From an uncultured bacterium (lineage in GTDB: Bacteria; Patescibacteriota; Dojkabacteria; SC72), in assembly GCA_903906305.1 (NCBI GenBank), contig CAIVJR010000005.1, positions 162,113-226,112 on the forward strand: a DNA stretch of 64,000 nt, written 5' to 3'. A model generated the notes under the pieces. That model ran no database searches and was not told where the DNA came from. It saw nothing but the letters and a program-made list of their open reading frames with translations. Positions 12,238 through 22,077 of the stretch are shown piece by piece. Made by a program: the position numbers and the translations under genes. Positions within the stretch are counted from its first letter, which is position 1, and each line of letters starts with the position of its first letter.

Positions 12238-14916
12238 CTATTTCAATTCGGACAAATCATTTCCTACACTATCGTGAACTTCTAAGGTGGTTTCTAATGA
12301 TGCTGCGTTTCTCAAAATATAGCAAGCCTTTTCTCTAAACTCCTCTGCTCTCTTTTCTTTAACCTCGAAGACAAACTCATCATGGATCTGAAGTAATATG
12401 TATGCCTCTCCTTCGAATTCCTTTTCAATGAGCTCATTGAGTTTTACCATTCCTAGTTTCATAATATCAGCCTCCGTACCTTGGATTGGCATATTTACAG
12501 CCTCTCTTAATGCTGCTCTCCTTGCAGTTATGTTCTTCGATTTAACGGCGGCTATTCGCCTTGTTGTTCCAAGCATGCTTTGTACAAATCCTCTCTTGTA
12601 GGCTTCTTTTTCCAGTATTCTAATGTAATTCTCAACACCAACATAGTGCTCGAAGTAGTTCCTAATGTATTCAGATGCTTTTTGAGCATCAATATTTAGT
12701 AATCTTGCTAGACCAAATGATGTCTGTCCGAAAAGTATTGCGAAGTTTACTGTTTTTCCAGCATTTCTCTCTGCTTTGGTTACATCTTCTATCTCCTTCT
12801 CCAAGATTCTAGCTGCTGTGGCTTTGTGAATATCTAATCCATCTGTAAAGTCTTTAATTAACAGATCGTCCCTCGACATATCTGCCATGATTCTTAATTC
12901 CATCTGTGCATAGTCCATTCCTACAAATTTGAATCCATCGTTTGGTACAAAGGCTTTTCTTAACTTCTCTGACCATGTGCCTGACGCTGGGAGATTTTGC
13001 ATGTTTGGATTTACAGATGAGAATCTACCAGAGGTTGTGCCTGCTTGTTTAAAGTCTGTATGTATCGATGTGTTGGAATCCTTTTGAGCCATTTCAAGTA
13101 ATGGTGCAGTGTATGTGCCATATACCTTTGAGACCTCTCGGTATTCCAAAAGTTTTTCTACGCATGGGTGTGCTCCCACTAATCCAGAGAGAACATCTTC
13201 TCTTGTTGATTGTTTTCCTACCACGGGTAGTTGCAACTCATTGAAAAGCACATCTCCCAATTGCTTTGGCGAATTGAGATTGAATTCATGCCCAACAGAA
13301 TCATATATTTCCTTGGCTAACCTCTCCATCGTCCCCTTAACTTCTGTATCCAGTGCTTTGAGGTATCCTGCATCTATTTTAATACCTCTTCTCTCCATCT
13401 TTCCAAGTATCTCTGCTACTGGCATTTCAACCTTCTTAAGGACATTAATCAAGTAATCTCCCTCAACCTTTAGATATTCTTTTATGCTCTTCTGGGTGTA
13501 TTCATACAATTCTGTATCATTTGCCTTCTTTGTTTCCTTCTCCCTTATCTCCACAATTGCATCCAAGATATCCGTCATCCTAAGTGGGGAGAGTTTTTCT
13601 TCAAATATCTTCCCAGCATAGTCGAAGGCAAGATCTTTAAATGTTAATGTCTTCTTCCCAGAGCTAATTGTATGGGCAAAAAGCATTACATCAAAAGATT
13701 TATCGTAATTCAAAACTATGTGTTTCTGCGCTGTTAGTTCCTCCCAATTGTAGAATGTGGTTATGCAATCTTGTGGAATTTGTGTATCAATCTCCTTAAA
13801 AAGGCTATCCTGAAATCCACCACCTACAAAATTAAATCGGACAACGTAGAATGGTTCCCCATTGTAGGATTCCTCTTTGGATATATATCCTAATATCATC
13901 TCCTTAGATCTTCCTGTAAGTTCTTTGAATGTCTCAAGATTTTGCCAATCAATTTCAGTATTTGAATTAGTTCCAAATATGCTTAATTGAGGAGAGTCTG
14001 ACGACTCTTCTTTTCCGAAAAGATCATCTAGTTTTGTCATTAATGATCTAAAACTAAATTTTTTAAACATTTCCAATACATTGCGCCTATCAAAATCCTT
14101 TGTCCTACAATCTTCAAGATGAATATCTACATGCATATTCTGCTCTATGGTTGCTAGCATTCTGCTCATCTCTGCCTGTTCTATACCTTCGCCAAAGAGT
14201 ACTTGTAATCGAGGTTTGAGTGTAGATATATTTTTGTAGATTGTATCCAAGTCTCCATGCTCTTTTAGTAGATCTACCGCGGTTTTTCCACCAATTCCCT
14301 TTATTCCAGGAATGTTGTCAGATGCATCCCCTACTATGGCTTTGTAATCTATGATTTGATTGGGATATACCCCAATGTATTTGAATACCTCATCGGTATC
14401 GTACAGTACTAGGTTTTTGAAATTTCCTGCGGGTAAACACACTCGAATATCGTTCTTTACTAACTGTAACAGATCTCTGTCCCCACTTAATATGTAAAAA
14501 TCCAGATTCTCGTTCTTCCATTTCCCGCTATCTACCATTTTTGATATCGTTCCTAGAATATCATCTGCCTCAAATCCTTCCTGCTTTATGATTGGTATAT
14601 TGAATGCTTTAAGGACTTCCTCTACTAATGGGAATTGATCTAAAAGAGACTGATCCGTCGGTTTTCTGGTGCCTTTGTATTCCGCAAATTCAATATGTCT
14701 AAACGTTGGCGCTTTAGTATCAAATGCACAAAGTACATATTCTGGATGGAATTGTTTTAATGCTTCAAGAAGCATTACCGTGAAGCCATATACCGCGTTT
14801 ACTTGGACACCATCTTCTGTTTGTAAGCTAGATGGATATGCATGGAATGCCCTATGTACGATTGCATTAGCATCTATGGCTAAGAAGACATCCTTGGATG
14901 TTCTTTGTATATTCAT
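12238..14916 (-). CDS. polA: DNA polymerase I (5'-3' exonuclease domain, linker/inactive 3'-5' exo region, and polymerase domain)
   Basis: 892 aa. N-terminal FEN/5'-nuclease motifs, and C-terminal family A polymerase motifs (…RRAAKTVNFAILFGQTSFGLA…, …LLQIHDEFVFE…). Confidence 0.9.
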   Translation of the reverse strand: MNIQRTSKDVFLAIDANAIVHRAFHAYPSSLQTEDGVQVNAVYGFTVMLLEALKQFHPEYVLCAFDTKAPTFRHIEFAEYKGTRKPTDQSLLDQFPLVEEVLKAFNIPIIKQEGFEADDILGTISKMVDSGKWKNENLDFYILSGDRDLLQLVKNDIRVCLPAGNFKNLVLYDTDEVFKYIGVYPNQIIDYKAIVGDASDNIPGIKGIGGKTAVDLLKEHGDLDTIYKNISTLKPRLQVLFGEGIEQAEMSRMLATIEQNMHVDIHLEDCRTKDFDRRNVLEMFKKFSFRSLMTKLDDLFGKEESSDSPQLSIFGTNSNTEIDWQNLETFKELTGRSKEMILGYISKEESYNGEPFYVVRFNFVGGGFQDSLFKEIDTQIPQDCITTFYNWEELTAQKHIVLNYDKSFDVMLFAHTISSGKKTLTFKDLAFDYAGKIFEEKLSPLRMTDILDAIVEIREKETKKANDTELYEYTQKSIKEYLKVEGDYLINVLKKVEMPVAEILGKMERRGIKIDAGYLKALDTEVKGTMERLAKEIYDSVGHEFNLNSPKQLGDVLFNELQLPVVGKQSTREDVLSGLVGAHPCVEKLLEYREVSKVYGTYTAPLLEMAQKDSNTSIHTDFKQAGTTSGRFSSVNPNMQNLPASGTWSEKLRKAFVPNDGFKFVGMDYAQMELRIMADMSRDDLLIKDFTDGLDIHKATAARILEKEIEDVTKAERNAGKTVNFAILFGQTSFGLARLLNIDAQKASEYIRNYFEHYVGVENYIRILEKEAYKRGFVQSMLGTTRRIAAVKSKNITARRAALREAVNMPIQGTEADIMKLGMVKLNELIEKEFEGEAYILLQIHDEFVFEVKEKRAEEFREKACYILRNAASLETTLEVHDSVGNDLSELK

Positions 14917-14928
14917 ATATTGATTTTA

Positions 14929-16794
14929 CTACTTAACAAAAAGTGCTTCAAACTCCTCACCTGTAATTACTTCTTTCTCAATCAAGAAGGCTGCGAGTTT
15001 CTCGACATACTCCTTCTTGTCCTTTAAAAGCTTCTTCGAGTATTCATATGCCTCATCTGTTAATCGCTTAATCTCTTCATCTATGATTTGTGCTGTCTTT
15101 TCACTGTAGTCTTTACCACCACCGTATGAGTATCCAAGATTCTTAGTTTCTTCTCTATCACCATATTTAATTAATCCCAATTTCTCACTCATACCAAGTT
15201 CCATAACCATACTCTTGGCAGTTTCTGTTATCTGTTCAATGTCACCTGAAGCTCCCGAAGAAATATCTCCTAAGAAGACTTCTTCAGCTGCTCTACCTCC
15301 AACACCTGTTCTCAACCATGAAAGCATCTGCTTTTTGTGCATGAATGTTCTTTCTTTTTCTGGAAGATATACCGTTACTCCACCTGTCATTCCTCTTGAG
15401 ATTATGGATACCTGCTCTACTGGATCTGATCCTTCTGTAAACTTTGCAACAATTGCGTGTCCAGCTTCATGATATGCAGTTCGTTTAATATCCTCCACAT
15501 CTTGTTCCTTCCCCTTTTTCTTTCTTCCGAGCTTTACCTTTAAGTAGGATTCCATTAAATCGTCATGACTAATTTTCTTCCTGTCTTCTTTTGCTGCCAT
15601 GATTGCTGCTTCGTTTAGAAGATTCTCTAAATCTGCTCCAGAGTATCCTACTGTTTTCTTAGCTAGCATCTCTAAGTCAGATATATCATCAAACTTTTTG
15701 TTCTTAGCATGTACATCAAGAATTGCTTTCCTACCCTTCATATCTGGCATCTGCACTACAACCATTCTGTCGAATCTTCCTGGTCTCAAGATTGCAGGAT
15801 CTAATACATCTGGTCTATTTGTAGCTGCAAGTACAATGACATTTTCTCTTCCTTCTAATCCATCCATTTCTACCAATATTTGGTTCAATGTTTGCTCTCC
15901 TGCTCCAGAGTGTAGTACTGTTCCTCTCTTCTTAGCTACTGCATCTATTTCATCTATGAAGATGATACATGGTGCTACATTCTTAGCTTTTTTGAAAAGG
16001 TCTCTTACTCTTGATGCTCCAGCCCCTACCAACATTTCTTCAAATTCTGATCCTGATGTGTGGAAGAATGGGACTCCTGCTTCTCCTGCTACAGCTTTTG
16101 CTAACAAGGTTTTTCCTGTACCTGGTGCGCCTGCAAGTAATACTCCCTTAGGAATTCTTGCTCCTGCTGCTAGATATTTTTTAGGGTTCTTAAGGAAATC
16201 TACAATTTCAGTTAATTCTTCTTTTACTTCCTCAATTCCTGCTACATCATCAAATGTTGTACCTGTTTTCTTTCCAAAGAGTAACTTTGCTTTACTCTCT
16301 CCAAAGTCCATGATCTTTCCACCTGATGCCTGCATATTCTTAATCATTATGAATACCAATATTCCTCCTACTACTAGGAATACAATACTGATGATATCAC
16401 TGAAGGATACTCCTACTGCTGGTTGGTAGAAATCATTTTCTAAATCTTTAATATTTACTCCTGAATCTGAGAGTATCTGGTAGAAGTCGGTTCCATTTGG
16501 TAGTAATGCATATTTCTTTACAATGAGGTTGTTAGAATCTCTTTCCTGAAGTGTTACTGTATCGTCTTTCAAGATCATATTTTCATATTTCTTCTCCGTT
16601 ATATCCGTCACTATTTCACTTACTGATACCTCTGTTCCTTTGGATCCTAATCCTCTAATCCAGAAGAATCCTGCGGCTAATGCTGCAGTTAATACTAACG
16701 ATACTACTATACTTGGTATATTTATCTTCCTTCCTGTAGGCATTTTTCTAATATCTATCTTCACTTCTTTTTTCTTAGGTTCTTTGTTATCCAT
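14929..16794 (-). CDS. ftsH: ATP-dependent zinc metalloprotease FtsH
   Basis: N-terminal TM helices, an AAA module (GAPGTGKT, DEIDA, SRH) and zinc motif HEAGHAIV. Confidence 0.9.
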   Translation of the reverse strand: MDNKEPKKKEVKIDIRKMPTGRKINIPSIVVSLVLTAALAAGFFWIRGLGSKGTEVSVSEIVTDITEKKYENMILKDDTVTLQERDSNNLIVKKYALLPNGTDFYQILSDSGVNIKDLENDFYQPAVGVSFSDIISIVFLVVGGILVFIMIKNMQASGGKIMDFGESKAKLLFGKKTGTTFDDVAGIEEVKEELTEIVDFLKNPKKYLAAGARIPKGVLLAGAPGTGKTLLAKAVAGEAGVPFFHTSGSEFEEMLVGAGASRVRDLFKKAKNVAPCIIFIDEIDAVAKKRGTVLHSGAGEQTLNQILVEMDGLEGRENVIVLAATNRPDVLDPAILRPGRFDRMVVVQMPDMKGRKAILDVHAKNKKFDDISDLEMLAKKTVGYSGADLENLLNEAAIMAAKEDRKKISHDDLMESYLKVKLGRKKKGKEQDVEDIKRTAYHEAGHAIVAKFTEGSDPVEQVSIISRGMTGGVTVYLPEKERTFMHKKQMLSWLRTGVGGRAAEEVFLGDISSGASGDIEQITETAKSMVMELGMSEKLGLIKYGDREETKNLGYSYGGGKDYSEKTAQIIDEEIKRLTDEAYEYSKKLLKDKKEYVEKLAAFLIEKEVITGEEFEALFVK

Positions 16795-16982
16795 TTTGAT
16801 GTAATAATCTAAATTAGATTGGGAATGTTTTAGATATGTATGTATATCTGGTGATTTGATTCCTAATATATATGATTATATCAAAAGGGATGAGTATTCT
16901 AAAGGAAATATTGGGGATGTTTATGCTAAGTCCTACAGGTATCCAAATTACAATTACGGATACCCGTAGGGTTAGCTCGTTC

Positions 16983-17261
16983 TTATTCTTTCATTTGGCG
17001 GATGATTTCTTTCTGGTAAGATTCTTGATGGTGATCAACCCACAAACCGACAGCAGTATTTTCATCCAAGAGGAAGAATACATTGTTTCGGGGGAATTTA
17101 GACTCCCTGCTGACAGATATCATTTCGGTAGTCCAATTGGTCACTTTGCACAGTAAAACTGGATCATTCGCAACATCACTTAAATCACGCCATGGAGAAT
17201 CGGGATTTAGGATCCATGCCTTTGCTTGCACAGATTCACTTCCCAACAGGGAAATTGCCAA
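16983..17261 (-). CDS. Hypothetical protein (92 aa) in a ~600-bp region of short overlapping ORFs upstream of ftsH
   Basis: ORF only, with no recognisable motif. Could be a gene remnant. Confidence 0.15.
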   Translation of the reverse strand: MAISLLGSESVQAKAWILNPDSPWRDLSDVANDPVLLCKVTNWTTEMISVSRESKFPRNNVFFLLDENTAVGLWVDHHQESYQKEIIRQMKE

Positions 17262-17416
17262 TAATCGTCAAGGCTTTTTGGGCCATGGCACTTGCGATAT
17301 CTTCAAAACACATTCGAACCCCTTTCCTTTTTGAAAGAATATTAAGAGCTATGAATAATGGCAAGACGCCAATATCTTAGCGAATATTATACTATAAGTC
17401 TATTGGAAAATAAATA

Positions 17417-17490
17417 TGGTGGAAGGTGGAATCGAACCACCGACCTTAGGTTTATGAATCCTATGCTCTAACCTTCTGAGCTATTCCACC
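17417..17490 (-). tRNA. tRNA-Met (anticodon CAU), elongator type
   Basis: Reverse complement GGTGGAATAGCTCAGAAGGTTAGAGCATAGGATTCATAAACCTAAGGTCGGTGGTTCGATTCCACCTTCCACCA; anticodon loop TTCATAA. Confidence 0.8.
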
Positions 17491-17515
17491 AAGTTGTAAA
17501 AGATTATATCAAAAA

Positions 17516-18076
17516 CTAATTAGCTTTTCCTGAATATGTACCAGAATCTGTATTGATTTTGATCTCGTCCCCTTCTTTGATAAACATTGGGACTTGGAGT
17601 TCAAAACCTGTTTCTACCTTAGCTAATTTAGTAGCACTGTTAGCAGTATTACCCTTAACCGCATCTGATGTTTCAGTAACAGTTAATACAACTGTAGGAA
17701 CCTCTTTGATATTTAATATCTTACCATCATACATAAGGATTAAGGTTGTAGAACCCTCCTTAAGGAAGTTGATGTAGTTACCAATGGTATCCTTAGCTAT
17801 GAACATTGTTTCGTAGGTTTCAGAATCCATAAAGTAAGAACCCTTCTCATCAGAATACAGATATTGCATTTCCTTAGTCTCAGGCTCAATATGCTCTACC
17901 TTAGCACCAGATTTAATAGTCTTAGTAATCTGATTACCAGTTTCCATAGATTGTAATCTCATGATTATTAATCCACCTTGTCTTCCTTGTGTTTTCAATT
18001 GTCTATCTAGAAGGTAATATATTTTATTCTCTTCCATAATGTACATTCCTTTAACGGGTTGATTTGTTAATGGCAT
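17516..18076 (-). CDS. efp: Elongation factor P
   Basis: …AKVEHIEPETKEMQYLYSDEKGSYFMDSETYE… and C-terminal …GFELQVPMFIKEGDEIKINTDSGTY match EF-P. The modification loop reads KTQGRQGG. Confidence 0.85.
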   Translation of the reverse strand: MPLTNQPVKGMYIMEENKIYYLLDRQLKTQGRQGGLIIMRLQSMETGNQITKTIKSGAKVEHIEPETKEMQYLYSDEKGSYFMDSETYETMFIAKDTIGNYINFLKEGSTTLILMYDGKILNIKEVPTVVLTVTETSDAVKGNTANSATKLAKVETGFELQVPMFIKEGDEIKINTDSGTYSGKAN

Positions 18077-18164
18077 ATTAGTATATTTAACATATTATTA
18101 GGAAATGCTGTATTAGAGTCGTTTCTGGCGTAATTCTAACACAATTAACTTTAAATTCCAACCT

Positions 18165-18728
18165 ATGGATACCCTTAACTTTATTGCGAATATATCTGGA
18201 TTGATTAGTTGTGCAGTGGTCCCCATTATTTTAAGAATCTGTTGGAAACAGAATCAGTATGATGTTAAGAAGAATACTCTTTCTGATTGTGGTGGTTTTC
18301 CCTTTACTGCAAGACTTTTTACATTTGGGCTAGCTATGTTTGGGATATTGGAAGTAACATTTACATATGCTATTGCTAGAAATCTTCTACCACCACACCA
18401 GATGTGGATTATTCTTCCTGCCTTAGCCGGAGGAATATTTACTGCTATGGTAGCAGTGTTTGATAACCGAAGATTTCCTAATTTACATGAATTCTTCTCA
18501 TATGCAGCATTTATATTATTACTGCTCTGGTGCTTTGGGTTACATATATTGATATATCAAACGAATGCATTAGCTGGGGTAGTTGGGATAGGGATTTCGG
18601 TTATACTCTCTACTGCAGTTGGACTTACTAGATTGAAATATGGTTCTTGTGCTATTCCTGAGATAATCTTTATAGTGGGGGTAATGATTTGGAATTTGTT
18701 TTTCTCTTATGTAATACTATTTACTTAA
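18165..18728 (+). CDS. Polytopic membrane protein, hypothetical (about 6 TM helices)
   Basis: 187 aa, dominated by hydrophobic helices. No catalytic motif recognised. Confidence 0.45.
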   Translation: MDTLNFIANISGLISCAVVPIILRICWKQNQYDVKKNTLSDCGGFPFTARLFTFGLAMFGILEVTFTYAIARNLLPPHQMWIILPALAGGIFTAMVAVFDNRRFPNLHEFFSYAAFILLLLWCFGLHILIYQTNALAGVVGIGISVILSTAVGLTRLKYGSCAIPEIIFIVGVMIWNLFFSYVILFT

Positions 18729-19319
18729 CAAGTGAGAAGTATCGTCTACCCTATCACTAACGAACGTTTTTCCATCGTAATCAAATTCCGTGATTGAAGC
18801 ATTTGCCGGATCATGCTTAAAGGTCTCTTCTATGGGAGCATTTAATAAATAAGGCATAAGAATTCTAATTGCTCCACCATGAGTTACTATACCAATATTC
18901 CCTCCATCTCCCTTCTTAATTGATTCCTGCAATGCGTTAATGAGTCTCTCTTCGGAAGCCTTCCATGATTCCCCCTCAGGAGGGACATAATTGTATCTTT
19001 CTTCGAGTGTTAAGGGATCAAGAACCTCCTTAACTTCACTCCACGGACGATTGGAATAAATACCCCAGTTCCTTTCCTCAAATCCATCTACAGGAATGGA
19101 AGGACATTCAAGAATATGGGAGAGTATTTCTGAGCTTTTTTGTGCTCGTAATTCCTTAGAACAGAATATTACTGAAATATGAGCATTCTTCAATACTTCA
19201 CCTGTCTTTTCTATCTGTTCTATTCCAGTTTCATTCAAAGTCTCAATATCACCCTTCTCGTGTAGTTTGTTACCTATGTTTTTATCTGTTTCTCCATGCC
19301 TAATAAAGAAGATCTTCAT
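18717..19319 (-). CDS. Histidine phosphatase superfamily protein (phosphoglycerate mutase-like)
   Basis: N-terminal IRHGETDKN (RHG catalytic motif) and later THGGAIR. Confidence 0.8.
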   Translation of the reverse strand: MKIFFIRHGETDKNIGNKLHEKGDIETLNETGIEQIEKTGEVLKNAHISVIFCSKELRAQKSSEILSHILECPSIPVDGFEERNWGIYSNRPWSEVKEVLDPLTLEERYNYVPPEGESWKASEERLINALQESIKKGDGGNIGIVTHGGAIRILMPYLLNAPIEETFKHDPANASITEFDYDGKTFVSDRVDDTSHLLSK

Positions 19320-19348
19320 GTATTTATTATATCAGGAAATTTTTTAAA

Positions 19349-19423
19349 TGGTTGCGGGGGTTGGACTCGAACCAACGACTTTCAGGTTATGAGCCTGACG
19401 AGCTGCCACTGCTCTACCCCGCG
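19349..19423 (-). tRNA. tRNA-Met (CAU), probable initiator tRNA-fMet (C1:A72 mismatch), CCA encoded
   Basis: Reverse complement CGCGGGGTAGAGCAGTGGCAGCTCGTCAGGCTCATAACCTGAAAGTCGTTGGTTCGAGTCCAACCCCGCAACCA. Unpaired 1:72 (C/A) is the bacterial initiator hallmark. Confidence 0.8.
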
Positions 19424-19479
19424 TTAACACAGTAATACGGATTATACTACATACAACAACATATTCCAAACTAGAAAAT

Positions 19480-19926
19480 CTAAACTCCCTGGATTAAAAG
19501 TTCACCCCATTGTTCAAGAACTGACTTCTCACTTTCTACTGGTTTTTCGCTTAATATCCCATCCAATCTCTCCTTAGCAGTAGTTAATAATCCCTCAGGT
19601 ATAACAAAGACAAGATCTTTATTCCCGGAAAAATTCAACCTATCCCTAGCCTCTACTTCAATATATTCAGGAGATTGCATATTTTGTAATTGAGTAGCCA
19701 ATGTAAGATTGGTAACCCTTAATTTCTCTACTTCCAATCTAGCATTCTTAAGAATATCAACCTTCTGAACAGTAATATCTATGGAGTGAGTAACATTGTA
19801 GAGAAGAAAAGCAGAAATGAGTATAAACCCTACTTTAACAAAGGAATTACTGAACAAGGCAGGTGCAATTGTATTCTTCACCTCTCTACGAGGCATACCA
19901 TTAGATCTGTATGATACTTTATCCAT
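19480..19926 (-). CDS. Septum formation initiator family protein (FtsB/DivIC-like)
   Basis: Single TM, coiled coil, and C-terminal SPEYIEVEARDRLNFSGNKDLVFVIPE matching the DivIC/FtsB conserved C-terminal motif. Confidence 0.65.
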   Translation of the reverse strand: MDKVSYRSNGMPRREVKNTIAPALFSNSFVKVGFILISAFLLYNVTHSIDITVQKVDILKNARLEVEKLRVTNLTLATQLQNMQSPEYIEVEARDRLNFSGNKDLVFVIPEGLLTTAKERLDGILSEKPVESEKSVLEQWGELLIQGV

Positions 19927-19990
19927 GGGGATATTATAAAACAGGGAGAAATATTAAGAAAGTTATTATTCAGCCCATATACAATTATTA

Positions 19991-20019
19991 TTGCCCTTCA
20001 CCCCTAGTAATGATATAAT
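19991..20019 (+). promoter_or_regulatory. Sigma70-like promoter for the xer-like gene (-35 TTGCCC, 17-nt spacer, -10 TATAAT)
   Basis: ttgccc ttcacccctagtaatga tataat, about 50 nt upstream of ATG 20067. Confidence 0.35.
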
Positions 20020-20066
20020 TTACCTATAGACATAGAGGCCTATCAATAAATTAAAGGTTTAATACC

Positions 20067-20954
20067 GTGGGAGCAATCAATAATCCAAATTTTGAGGAAA
20101 AAAGAAATAAGTTTATAGGTGATTTAAGATCTAAAGGTAGGTCTGAAGCAACTGTTATAGCCTATGCTAAGGATATTGAACAACTTTTGAACTTTTTCTC
20201 TAAAGAAGGATGCACTACCATTGAAGCAACAAGCATTGAGGACTTAGAAAAGTACAAACAGTCTCTACAGGACAACAACTATACACCAAAGAGTATTTCA
20301 AGAAAGATAAATAGTACTAGAACATTCTATAGATATCTTATAGACAACTCTATAATCTCTGATAATCCTTCTGAGAAATTAGCTCATCCAAAGTTTGAGA
20401 CCAAACCTCCAAGAGTTTTAACAGAGATGGAATATAGAGCATTGAGAGATGTTAGTAGAATTGATATTAGACTCTACTCTATCGTTGAAGTATTACTTCA
20501 AACTGGTATTAGAATTGGTGAATTAGCAGCACTTTCATTAGAAGATATTAGAAAATCTAAGGATGGTAAGATTGATTACCTCTACATTAAAGCAGCTGGT
20601 AGTCATCCATTCCGAAAGGTTCCTTTAAACAAATCCGCTAAGAAAGCTATTGATGAATATTTAGATGTTAGACCTGAGACTGAGGATGATACATTATTTG
20701 TTACTAAGAATGGGAGACCTTTGTTAGTAAGAAATATTAGAACAGCTATAGATAAGGCTTTTGAAAGAGGTGGTATTAAGAATGCTAAGGTTAATGACTT
20801 AAGAAATACCTTTATTGCTCACCACCTTTCTAATGGTGTTAGCTTAGTAGTTGTTTCTAAATTGGTTGGTCACAAGAGACTTTCTACTACTGAGAAGTAT
20901 CTTAATCTTGTTAAGATGCAAAAAGAAGAGCAAAAGAATCTTAAGGAGTTATAA
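20067..20954 (+). CDS. Tyrosine site-specific recombinase, XerC/XerD-like
   Basis: N-terminal SAM-like domain. C-terminal catalytic residues R (…TGIRIGELAAL…), HxxR (…AHHLSNG…GHKRLSTT) and Y (EKYLNL). Confidence 0.8.
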   Translation: MGAINNPNFEEKRNKFIGDLRSKGRSEATVIAYAKDIEQLLNFFSKEGCTTIEATSIEDLEKYKQSLQDNNYTPKSISRKINSTRTFYRYLIDNSIISDNPSEKLAHPKFETKPPRVLTEMEYRALRDVSRIDIRLYSIVEVLLQTGIRIGELAALSLEDIRKSKDGKIDYLYIKAAGSHPFRKVPLNKSAKKAIDEYLDVRPETEDDTLFVTKNGRPLLVRNIRTAIDKAFERGGIKNAKVNDLRNTFIAHHLSNGVSLVVVSKLVGHKRLSTTEKYLNLVKMQKEEQKNLKEL

Positions 20955-21084
20955 TTCATAATTCTTTCCTTGACCCAATTATTTCGCAGAGATATAATAA
21001 GTAATCCCCAGGGGGAAAGGTCTTTGAGGGTTAGTCCTCACAGCAATACCCCCACTTATATTTTCAATTTCCTTCTCTGATTAC

Positions 21085-22038
21085 CTATTTTAGGGTATTG
21101 TTCAACACTCTATACCAGTTCTTGTACAAGAATTTCTCTACAGACTCTCTTGGATACCTAGTTAAAAGGAACTTTTCCAAACCAGACATTATTGAAATAT
21201 CTGTATAACCTTCTAGAAAAGGATATTCTGGTAATGGATAAATATCGGAGGTAAACGATACATAATCATCCCCCCACTTATCAACAACATAATCTAGGTG
21301 TTTTACAAGATCTTCAAAGCTTCCATTTGGTCCTGTATCTTCTGCTAATGGGAATAATGATATTAATCCTCCCCTATCAACAACTATCTGAATTTCCTCA
21401 TCAAGCATCTCATGTTTACAATTCCAAACTGAACGGACGTTACTGTGTGTATTAACAATCATTCCATTGAAGTATTTATCTGCATCTTTAACAGAATTTT
21501 CACTTAGATGGGCTAAATCTATTATTACAGGAGATTTACTCATTTCGCGAAGAAGTTCTTTTCCTAAATCACTCAGGCCGCTATCAATCTTACTTTGTCT
21601 AGAACATGCATATTTATTTGTAAAATCCCAAGTCAATCCGTAACTTATAACTCCCTTTTTGTAGAATTCGTAAAAATCATCTATGCTATCAATACACTCC
21701 AACCCTTCTATACTAAAAAAATATCCTGTCTTATCTATTGGCTTTTCAATCAAGCTCTTCTTGTCTTTAATTTGATACAGTTTATCTGTCTTACTAATAA
21801 TATTTTCATAAAAAGCATAGAAATCATTTACACCATCCTTGTATGTGGTTTTAAGGAAACTTTCGTCAAAATAAAGACTGAATCCTGCAATATCTATTTC
21901 GGAATCTTGTAATTTTTTTAATGTCACAGGAGGTTTTGTATTATCGCTAAGAAAATCTTCAACAGAATAATTCCATAGCTTGTACATATCAGCGATATCT
22001 ATATGAGAATCTATTTTCTTCATAACAAAATATATCAT
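21085..22038 (-). CDS. Membrane dipeptidase (peptidase family M19 / renal dipeptidase-like)
   Basis: N-terminal IDSHIDIA (metal-binding H-x-D). …LTWDFTNKYA…, …VIIDLAHLSE…, and C-terminal …VEKFLYKNWYRVL match M19 motifs. Confidence 0.65.
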   Translation of the reverse strand: MIYFVMKKIDSHIDIADMYKLWNYSVEDFLSDNTKPPVTLKKLQDSEIDIAGFSLYFDESFLKTTYKDGVNDFYAFYENIISKTDKLYQIKDKKSLIEKPIDKTGYFFSIEGLECIDSIDDFYEFYKKGVISYGLTWDFTNKYACSRQSKIDSGLSDLGKELLREMSKSPVIIDLAHLSENSVKDADKYFNGMIVNTHSNVRSVWNCKHEMLDEEIQIVVDRGGLISLFPLAEDTGPNGSFEDLVKHLDYVVDKWGDDYVSFTSDIYPLPEYPFLEGYTDISIMSGLEKFLLTRYPRESVEKFLYKNWYRVLNNTLK

Positions 22039-22077
22039 AAATGTTACTTAGCCGGAACCATTTGAGGAATGAAAATA

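Noticed and set aside
15599-16429. 276-aa +strand ORF and many other 60-190 aa ORFs antisense to polA, ftsH, ligase, ATPase, SpoIID, UvrD, dnaA, dnaN, RNase J and the 618-aa protein
   Set aside because: They are embedded in, and antisense to, long conserved genes. Their compositions are Ser/Thr/Pro-biased, as is typical of shadow ORFs. No independent support.
16795-17416. Possible RNase P RNA or other structured ncRNA in the 600-bp gap upstream of ftsH
   Set aside because: Searched by eye for rnpB universal motifs (GGAAAG…, AGGGUGAAA, GGUAAGAGCGCACC) and the SRP RNA domain IV motif. None is present on either strand. The region more likely holds a small unknown gene or gene remnant.
20067-20954. 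Xer-like tyrosine recombinase as a marker of an integrated mobile element next to tRNA-fMet
   Set aside because: Its neighbours are core genes (FtsB-like, M19 dipeptidase). No flanking direct repeats of the tRNA 3' end were seen. It is more consistent with a chromosomal XerC/D-type dimer-resolution recombinase.
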